Assembly (NCBI GenBank): GCA_017609405.1
Contig: JAFCDZ010000003.1
Location: 1 to 50,273, forward strand
Source: Candidatus Pacearchaeota archaeon
GTDB taxonomy: Archaea; Nanobdellota; Nanobdellia; Pacearchaeales; GW2011-AR1
DNA: 50,273 nt
Direction: 5' to 3'
Shown here: one piece after another, positions 9,102 to 16,241 of the stretch
Layout of the letters: each line of letters begins with the position of its first letter
Position numbering within the stretch: position 1 is the stretch's first letter
Notes under the pieces: model-generated
What the model was told of the DNA's origin: nothing
Seen by the model: only the letters and a program-made list of their open reading frames with translations
The model's database searches: none
Made by a program: the position numbers and the translations under genes

Positions 9102-9668
9102 ATGAAAAAGAAGAAAGAAGAATCAAACAAAGAAAGCAATTCTGAGGAAGAGGAAACAGAAGAATCTGAAGGAGATATTATAGAGGATTTTCCAGAAGAT
9201 GCTGATTCTGTTGCAGAGGAATTGTCTCCTGATGTTTTGGAGTTTTTAGAGACACGAGGAGGTGTTTCTGCACCTTCTTTAGAAGGAGTTTTAACAGAGC
9301 AAGATGGTGATGTTATAATTGCAGCTCCTTCTCGTTCGAGTGTGGATGAAGGTGAAGAAGAGGTTTCTTATGTAGAGAGAAAAGCAGAACAATATGATGC
9401 TGATGATGCAAATAAAAGGAGTTATGAAAAAAATTTAGAAAAAGGTGTTGGCGAAAGTTATATTCCTTCAGAAATTCAAGCAAGAGAGAATGTTGAATCT
9501 CAAGGATTTTCTCCAATTAAAGAAGAAAAAATAAAGGGGATTGTTCATATGCCAGAGTCTTTAGAACAATCAAGGGAAAAGACACGAGATTATGTTCTTA
9601 GTGAAGATTCAATCCAAAACCCTGATTTAGATAAACCTTTTGAGGATAAGAAATATAAACCCTTATAA
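9102..9668 (+). CDS. Acidic, probably disordered hypothetical protein
   Basis: 188-aa E/D/S-rich ORF co-oriented with its neighbours. Confidence 0.75.
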   Translation: MKKKKEESNKESNSEEEETEESEGDIIEDFPEDADSVAEELSPDVLEFLETRGGVSAPSLEGVLTEQDGDVIIAAPSRSSVDEGEEEVSYVERKAEQYDADDANKRSYEKNLEKGVGESYIPSEIQARENVESQGFSPIKEEKIKGIVHMPESLEQSREKTRDYVLSEDSIQNPDLDKPFEDKKYKPL

Positions 9669-9680
9669 CTATCTTTTTTT

Positions 9681-11480
9681 ATGACAAAAGAGGGATATGA
9701 AATTAAGGATATCTATCAAGGGAGCTATTCTCCTTTTGATACACTTTATTTAGGTTATAATGCTCGATTAAGTGAAATTGGTTCTCCTACAAGTATAAGA
9801 ACTGCAAATCAATTAAAAGAAATAAATCAAAGAATAAGCGAGGGTGTTGTTCCAATAGAGCTTCAGCCATTAAGTAATGATGTTTTTGAGCAAATTCCAA
9901 AGCAAGACCTTAAAGAAGCACAACGTTTGGCTGAATTAACTGGAGCAAAATTATCTCTACATGCTCCAATTATTGATCCTTCTGGTTTTGGTGAGAGAGG
10001 GTGGTCTGAGATTCAAAAGAAAGAAGCTGAAGAAAGATTGAAATCTGTTTTGGAGAGAGCTTTAGATTTAGATAAAAAAGGAAATGTTCCTGTAGTTATT
10101 CATGCTTCTGCTGCTCCAGGTTCTGAATTTATAATGACTCCTGAAGGAAAGAAAGCAGAGAAAATTGTTGCAATTAATCAAGAAACTGGAGAGCTTACAC
10201 AATCTACGCGAGAAATTAAGTATTATCCTCTTGGAGAGAAAGGAGTTACTAAACAGGAGATGACTCCAGAATCAGGAATAAGGAGTATTAATAATACTAA
10301 ATGGGAAAATACTCTTTTAGAGACTGTTAAAGAATTAGAAGATGTTAAAACAATTGTTAAAAGAAATTATCCTGTTGTTAAAGATATTTTAAAAGGTGTT
10401 GCTGAGGGAAGGTATCCTCCTGATGTTTTGAATGATACTGAAAAAAAAGCTATAATTGAACTTCAAAAAGTTGAAGGGGTTTATTTAGAAGACCTTCAAT
10501 TAAAATTAAATTCTATGTTTAATCAGGCATATAAATATTATGATAATCCAAAAGCAAAAAAAGAATTAGAAAAGTTAGCTGAAGAGTATTCAAAAAGAGT
10601 TAAGGAAATATCGAAAAAAATGTCTAAGGTTCCTGCATTGGCTATATCAGACCAAATTAATGCTGTAAATGATTTTATTAGAAATATTAATGTTGTTTCA
10701 AGAGAATATGGAGCTCCTCAAGTTTTTGTTCCAATTGAGAAATTTGCTGTAGAGAAAGCTTCAGATACTTTTGCTAATGCAGCTTTACATGCTTTTGAAA
10801 TTGCAAAGAAAAAGAAAAAAGAGGCACCAGTTCTTGCAATAGAGAATCTCTATCAAGGAATGGCTTTTTCACAATCAGAAGATTTGAAAAAACTTATTGA
10901 AACTTCACAAGAGAAATTTGCAAAAAAATTAGTTAAAAAAGGGTATTCAAAAGATTTTGCAGAAGAACAAGCAAGAAAGATTATTGGAGCAACTCTTGAT
11001 GTTGGTCATCTGAATATTTCAAGGAAAAAAGGGTTTAGTGAGGAAGATTTGAGAGAGGAGGCAAAGAGAATTGCTAAGCATGTTAAACACATTCATCTAA
11101 CAGATAACTTTGGATTTACAGATAGCCATCTTGCACCTGGAATGGGTAATGTTCCTATTAAAGAGATTCTTCAGGAATTGGATAAAGCAGGGGTTAAAGC
11201 AAGAAAAATTGTTGAGGCAGGTGGTTTTGTTATGAATTTTGAGCGTTCGCCTTTGTCTTATACTCTTGAGGCTTTAGGGTCTTCAATCTATGCAGATGGC
11301 CGAGGTCCTTTTTGGAATTATAACACTGGTTTGTTTGAGGGCTATTATGGTGGAATGGGTCCTATTTTACCAAATATAAATTATAGCACTTTTGGAGCAG
11401 GATTTTCACAATTGCCAATGGACTTAGGAGGGTCTAATCAAGGAAGCGGAAGTAGGTTTAGTGGCAGGCCTATGGAATAA
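9681..11480 (+). CDS. Xylose-isomerase-like/AP endonuclease family 2 TIM-barrel protein with a large helical insertion
   Basis: SLHAP, VVIHAS, AIEN, TLDVGH, HIHLTDN, DSHLAPGMG, IVE metal-ligand motifs. Confidence 0.8.
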   Translation: MTKEGYEIKDIYQGSYSPFDTLYLGYNARLSEIGSPTSIRTANQLKEINQRISEGVVPIELQPLSNDVFEQIPKQDLKEAQRLAELTGAKLSLHAPIIDPSGFGERGWSEIQKKEAEERLKSVLERALDLDKKGNVPVVIHASAAPGSEFIMTPEGKKAEKIVAINQETGELTQSTREIKYYPLGEKGVTKQEMTPESGIRSINNTKWENTLLETVKELEDVKTIVKRNYPVVKDILKGVAEGRYPPDVLNDTEKKAIIELQKVEGVYLEDLQLKLNSMFNQAYKYYDNPKAKKELEKLAEEYSKRVKEISKKMSKVPALAISDQINAVNDFIRNINVVSREYGAPQVFVPIEKFAVEKASDTFANAALHAFEIAKKKKKEAPVLAIENLYQGMAFSQSEDLKKLIETSQEKFAKKLVKKGYSKDFAEEQARKIIGATLDVGHLNISRKKGFSEEDLREEAKRIAKHVKHIHLTDNFGFTDSHLAPGMGNVPIKEILQELDKAGVKARKIVEAGGFVMNFERSPLSYTLEALGSSIYADGRGPFWNYNTGLFEGYYGGMGPILPNINYSTFGAGFSQLPMDLGGSNQGSGSRFSGRPME

Positions 11481-11525
11481 TTAACTTTATAAATGATATA
11501 AACCTTTTATTTAAAAAGAGGGAAG

Positions 11526-12377
11526 ATGGCAAGGAAGAGTGTTAAAAAAACAAAAAAGAAAACTTCTGCAAAAAAAACTTCTCAATCTGTAAAAACTCTG
11601 AAATTTGAAGGGGATAGGGATATTGCAATGGATTTTGCTCTAAAAGTTTATAAGAAATTTGATACTGCTGTTAAATCAATTCTCTTGTTTGGTTCTGCTG
11701 CTAAGCACACACAAGAAGCTAATTCAGATATTGATATTGTGATTATTGTTGATGATGCTTCTATTAAGTGGGATACTGAATTAATTGCATGGTACAGAGA
11801 AGAGCTTGAGAAAATACTTGAAAAATGCGATTATGAGAAAACACTTCATATTAATACAATAAAATTAACAACATGGTGGAATGATTTAATTAAAGGAGAC
11901 CCAGTTGTTTTGAATATTCTTAGATATGGTGATGTTTTAGTTGATTCTGGAGGGTTTTTCAAGCCATTAAAGTTGCTTTTGTTGAATGGAATGATTCGTT
12001 CTACTCCTGAGGCAGTTTATGCAGCTCTTTCAAGAGCTCCTGTTAGATTAACAAGAAGTAGAATTGCTGAGTTATCTAGTCTTGAGGAAGTTTACTGGGC
12101 AATGGTTGATACATCTCAGGCAATTTTAATTGCTTTAAATGTTATACCACCTTCACCAGAGCATTTATTTTTTCAATTAAAAGAAAACCTTGTTGATAGA
12201 GGTCTTCTTAAAGAAAAATATCTTCTTTGGTTTAGAGACCTTAGTTTTATACATAAGAAGATAGCTCATAATGAGCTTAAAGACCTTTCAGGAATAAATT
12301 TAGATAGCTGGCGTGATAGAGCAGAAGAATATTTTGAAGTAGTTACTGCACTAATAAAGAAAATTTTGAAGATTTAG
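11526..12377 (+). CDS. Pol-beta-like nucleotidyltransferase fused to a HEPN-like helical domain
   Basis: LFGSAA...SDIDIVIIVDD (GS...DxD); C-terminal helical bundle with KKIAH. Confidence 0.8.
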   Translation: MARKSVKKTKKKTSAKKTSQSVKTLKFEGDRDIAMDFALKVYKKFDTAVKSILLFGSAAKHTQEANSDIDIVIIVDDASIKWDTELIAWYREELEKILEKCDYEKTLHINTIKLTTWWNDLIKGDPVVLNILRYGDVLVDSGGFFKPLKLLLLNGMIRSTPEAVYAALSRAPVRLTRSRIAELSSLEEVYWAMVDTSQAILIALNVIPPSPEHLFFQLKENLVDRGLLKEKYLLWFRDLSFIHKKIAHNELKDLSGINLDSWRDRAEEYFEVVTALIKKILKI

Positions 12378-12382
12378 GTTCT

Positions 12383-13027
12383 TTATTCTTTTGAGTTGTC
12401 TCCAAGCTGTTCGAATACTCCTTCAATTTGTCTTGCTCTTCTTCCAAGGTCTACTTTTTTAGCAATATTTAGTGCTTCTGCTAATAAGTAGTCTCCCATA
12501 AGTAATCCAAGAGCTTGTTGTGCTAAGCTTAATCTTTTTTTGTCCTCATCACTTAATAAATCTTCATCAAGTGTTCCTTCTTCTTTTTTCATTATTTCTT
12601 CAACTACTTCACTATATGACTTCTTTTTCCATTCTTCAGGGATTTCTGGAGGAGTTCTCGTGAATCCTTCTTTTCCATCATATTTTTCTTCTATTAATTC
12701 TTCTATTTCTCCGTATGTTAATTGCTGAATAGTGTTTTGAAATATTTCATTTATTTTTTTAAATGCTTCTTCATATGATGGGTCTGCAAAAGGATTTCCT
12801 TTCCAGGTTCTTTCTTCTCCACCCTCTTTTATTTTTTTTACTATTCCATTATCTTCTCCCCACTCTCGAACTATTTCACCTAATGTTTGTCTGCCCTCAT
12901 CTATACCTGTCTTACCAAAATAATTAAGATATTCTTCATTTCTCCCTTCTGCAAGCTCTCTTGCAGCGATTACTCTTCCATAGTTTCTTATTCTATCTAA
13001 ATTTGCTTCTTTATAATCATCAGCCAT
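12383..13027 (-). CDS. Hypothetical protein
   Basis: 214-aa ORF with TTTATAAA box about 22 nt upstream. Confidence 0.75.
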   Translation of the reverse strand: MADDYKEANLDRIRNYGRVIAARELAEGRNEEYLNYFGKTGIDEGRQTLGEIVREWGEDNGIVKKIKEGGEERTWKGNPFADPSYEEAFKKINEIFQNTIQQLTYGEIEELIEEKYDGKEGFTRTPPEIPEEWKKKSYSEVVEEIMKKEEGTLDEDLLSDEDKKRLSLAQQALGLLMGDYLLAEALNIAKKVDLGRRARQIEGVFEQLGDNSKE

Positions 13028-13094
13028 GATTTATATTAGAATTTAGGGTTTATAAATCTTTCGTTTTTGTTATTACTCTGTAGAAATAACAATT

Positions 13095-13640
13095 TTATTT
13101 CTTTTCAAGGACTTTTGTTACAAATCCTGTTTTACAAGGTAGTTTTGGTTTTATTTTTTTAAGTATCTCTCTTGCTATTTTTTCACCTTTCTCATCAACT
13201 ACTGCTATTGTGAATATTTCTTTTCCTTTTTTTACAATTGCTGCAAGGTTCATTGTTTTTCCAAAAGAAAGCTGCATTCCTGTCTGCATTCTGTCAGCAC
13301 CAGCCCCTGTGAGCATTCTATTTTCTCTTTGTATATGATGTGGGTGAACTTTTACTTGGAAAAAATATTGCTTTGCTAATTGAGCCTCTAATTTTTTATT
13401 TATATATTGTCTGCAAGCTTCTAATGCAAAATCCCTTATCTGAACATCTTCTTTTGAAACTAATGAAACTTCATAAGAAAGTTTTCCTTGCCTATATAAA
13501 TCAGAATTACCCATTTGGAATTTTACTAATTTCTTATTTGGGACTGTTTTTATATATGATTTGCTTCTTTTCTTGCTCTTTCGAGTATAAGGAACAACTC
13601 TGTGTTTTGAATATGCTGATGCTTTTCTTGCTTGTGCCAT
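13095..13640 (-). CDS. rpl10e: 50S ribosomal protein uL16 (L10e)
   Basis: ALEACRQYINK, GAGADRMQTGMQLSFGK, KLP motifs. Confidence 0.96.
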   Translation of the reverse strand: MAQARKASAYSKHRVVPYTRKSKKRSKSYIKTVPNKKLVKFQMGNSDLYRQGKLSYEVSLVSKEDVQIRDFALEACRQYINKKLEAQLAKQYFFQVKVHPHHIQRENRMLTGAGADRMQTGMQLSFGKTMNLAAIVKKGKEIFTIAVVDEKGEKIAREILKKIKPKLPCKTGFVTKVLEKK

Positions 13641-13641
13641 T

Positions 13642-13905
13642 TTATTCTTTTACCTCTACTTCTGTTGTTATTGCTTGCCCTGGAAGACCTTTTTCAAAAA
13701 TAGCTCTTACAAGGCCTTTATTTCCATGAGGAGCAGATATTTTTCCTTTTATTATTTTTCCACTTGGGGTTTTCCATTCTACTTCTTTTCCAACAAATTT
13801 CTCTGCTTTTTCTCTTGAATCAATCCCATTAATTTCAATTATGAAATGTCTCTCATGAACTGTGTGCCTTCCTCTTCTGAATTGTATAACTTTGCCTTTT
13901 GTCAT
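13642..13905 (-). CDS. rpl35ae: 50S ribosomal protein eL33 (L35Ae)
   Basis: FRRG, GKISAPHGNKGLVRAIFEKGLPGQA. Confidence 0.96.
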   Translation of the reverse strand: MTKGKVIQFRRGRHTVHERHFIIEINGIDSREKAEKFVGKEVEWKTPSGKIIKGKISAPHGNKGLVRAIFEKGLPGQAITTEVEVKE

Positions 13906-13964
13906 AATATTCTCATGATAAAATTAGTTTAAAAAGATTATGTTCTTGTAATTTATATAGGTTT

Positions 13965-14309
13965 TTAAAAATATTGAAAATCAAAACCTCTTAATAATGC
14001 TTCTAAACTTTCTTTTGTTTGTTGTTCTAATCTCTTTTGTTTTAAATTTTCAAATCTATCTAAAGGCATAAGAGAATTATCTTCTATTTCAGATGGTAAC
14101 CTATTAATTTTAATTTCCTTTAATTCATCATAAATCTCTTTTTCCCTTCCGTTACCTCTAGATTGATCCAATACATATACTTTCATTCCATCATAGTCTC
14201 TCAATATAATATAAACTTCATCATCTTCTCCAAAAAAAGCAATGAAATATCCTCTTCTAATACTTTGTGTGATTTCAGAAACTTCGACTCTTTCAGATAC
14301 TCCAAACAT
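13965..14309 (-). CDS. Hypothetical protein
   Basis: 114-aa ORF starting 1 nt after the upstream stop. Confidence 0.65.
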   Translation of the reverse strand: MFGVSERVEVSEITQSIRRGYFIAFFGEDDEVYIILRDYDGMKVYVLDQSRGNGREKEIYDELKEIKINRLPSEIEDNSLMPLDRFENLKQKRLEQQTKESLEALLRGFDFQYF

Positions 14310-14310
14310 T

Positions 14311-16086
14311 TTACCTTATTAATTTTATTGTGAAATTTCCGTAATACTGGTTAAGAAGTTTTATTTGAGTATAATTTAAATCAGTTATTCTTTTTTCCTT
14401 GTTTTTTTCAAGTTCTTCAATAACTTCCTCCATATTTGATTTTTCTACTTTATTGCTTATTTTGAGGACATTTTCTTTTTCAATCACAAAAAGATTCTCT
14501 CCAGTTAAGATTAATTCTGCAGTTTCTTTTTGTTCACTTTTAGAATATTCTAATAACATTTTTTTATTTTTGTTTTCTTCTATGTCTTTGATTTGAATAT
14601 ATGTTTGGAGGCCATTAATTAGGTTTGCAGACTCTTTTCTTATCTCATCAACTTTCTGGAATCCAATATTTTTCTTTTTTATTTCTGATTTAGCTTTTAT
14701 TATTTTATTAAGAGCTTCTAATTGTCTTGCTGTGAAGACACCTTTTTTTACAAACTCTTTTTCAAACTCTTCTAAAAGGGCTTTTTTTGTTTTCTTTTTG
14801 AATATTTTTTCAAGAAGTTCAAAAACTTGTTCATATAAATTTTCAATTGTTCTTTCTTCTGCCTTTTTTTCTATTTCTTTTCTTAATTCTTTTAATCTTT
14901 CTAAATACTCTTCAGTATTTTTCAAGAGCCTATCAATTTCTTTTCCACTTATTTCTTTTAATCTTCCATGCTCATAATCTTTGTAAAGCTTTACAACTTC
15001 TGCAAGAGTATCAATGTATTTTTTTTCGAGAATTTTTTCTTTTTTTAAGAAAACTCTTTCCATTTCTTTTACTGTTTGTTTTGGTGTTGGTGGTGCTAAT
15101 CCATACAACATTAAGATTCCTTGGCTTGGGGTTAATGCACTCCAATAAATATCATGAACAAGAATATCCATTAGTGCTCTATGAGCTCTTTTTGTTCCTT
15201 GGTCTCCAGAAGACATAAACATATTTATTGCTTCTGGGCTTGGTTTTAGCTTTCCCATTCTTAGTAGGGCTTTCCATGGAAGGAATGTCCCTCTGTCATG
15301 GAGCGGGAAGCCATCTCTTATGAATGTAAACATAACTGGAACAGCATCTTTTACACTATCCCAGAATTCTGTTAGTAAATATATCTGTGGCTCTAATTTA
15401 TTTTTTGCTCCAGCAAGGAAGGAAGCTTCACTTACCATCTGGTATATTTGAGCTCTTAGTCTTTCCTTTAACTCTATTCTTGACATTCTTTTTACATCTG
15501 TGTCATTGATTATAATGAAAACATCTACATCAGAGGTCTTTGTTGCTTCTCCTCTTACTAAACTTCCTGCAATAACATAACTTACAACATATTTATCAAA
15601 TTTTTTTAATACAAGTGCTTTATGTATTTCTGCTACTCTTAAAGCATCAAGGAAACCAGTGTCATAGATTGGGAAGGATAATCCAATTGCATTTACTAAT
15701 TCAAACCTACTGTCAAGACATGCTTCAAATACATCAACAGGGGTTTTTATCTGTAGCCATATTTTTCTATCTTTTTTTTCTTCTATTTTTCTAATAATAT
15801 CTTCTTTTATTTTTGGGATATCTTTATAATGTTTTTCAGGAATTAACATGTATAGGTGAATGTGTTTCTCTGTTTCTTTTGGAACTTCTTCTTCCTCAAT
15901 AAAAAGGTCTATGCTTTGCGGTGGTAAAATACTAAGAGAAAGGGTGAAAGGATATTTTTTTATAATGTATTTTTTTAATTCTTCAAGTTCTTTTTTTGTT
16001 TTTTCCAATTCATCCTTTGCTTTTATGTTATTTGTCGGAAGCTCTGGTATTTTCGGGTTTTTGTAATTTTCTATCTTTTCATCCAT
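14311..16086 (-). CDS. Nucleotidyltransferase-domain protein (degenerate NTase, NTase, HEPN-like and coiled C-terminus)
   Basis: IAGSLVRG...SDVDVFIIINDTD; PEA and YW...SQ.IL...PP.P motifs shared with 11526-12377. Confidence 0.8.
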   Translation of the reverse strand: MDEKIENYKNPKIPELPTNNIKAKDELEKTKKELEELKKYIIKKYPFTLSLSILPPQSIDLFIEEEEVPKETEKHIHLYMLIPEKHYKDIPKIKEDIIRKIEEKKDRKIWLQIKTPVDVFEACLDSRFELVNAIGLSFPIYDTGFLDALRVAEIHKALVLKKFDKYVVSYVIAGSLVRGEATKTSDVDVFIIINDTDVKRMSRIELKERLRAQIYQMVSEASFLAGAKNKLEPQIYLLTEFWDSVKDAVPVMFTFIRDGFPLHDRGTFLPWKALLRMGKLKPSPEAINMFMSSGDQGTKRAHRALMDILVHDIYWSALTPSQGILMLYGLAPPTPKQTVKEMERVFLKKEKILEKKYIDTLAEVVKLYKDYEHGRLKEISGKEIDRLLKNTEEYLERLKELRKEIEKKAEERTIENLYEQVFELLEKIFKKKTKKALLEEFEKEFVKKGVFTARQLEALNKIIKAKSEIKKKNIGFQKVDEIRKESANLINGLQTYIQIKDIEENKNKKMLLEYSKSEQKETAELILTGENLFVIEKENVLKISNKVEKSNMEEVIEELEKNKEKRITDLNYTQIKLLNQYYGNFTIKLIR

Positions 16087-16241
16087 ATCTTAATTATGGA
16101 TTATGTGTTTTTAAATGTTTTTTATTAAACTTTTGTCCTAAAAAGGATATTATAAAGAAAGGGTTAATATCTAATTACCTTATGGCAAGGTTCAGCAAAG
16201 ATAATCAAAAAAGTACAGAATTCAAATTTTTTAATTAATTT

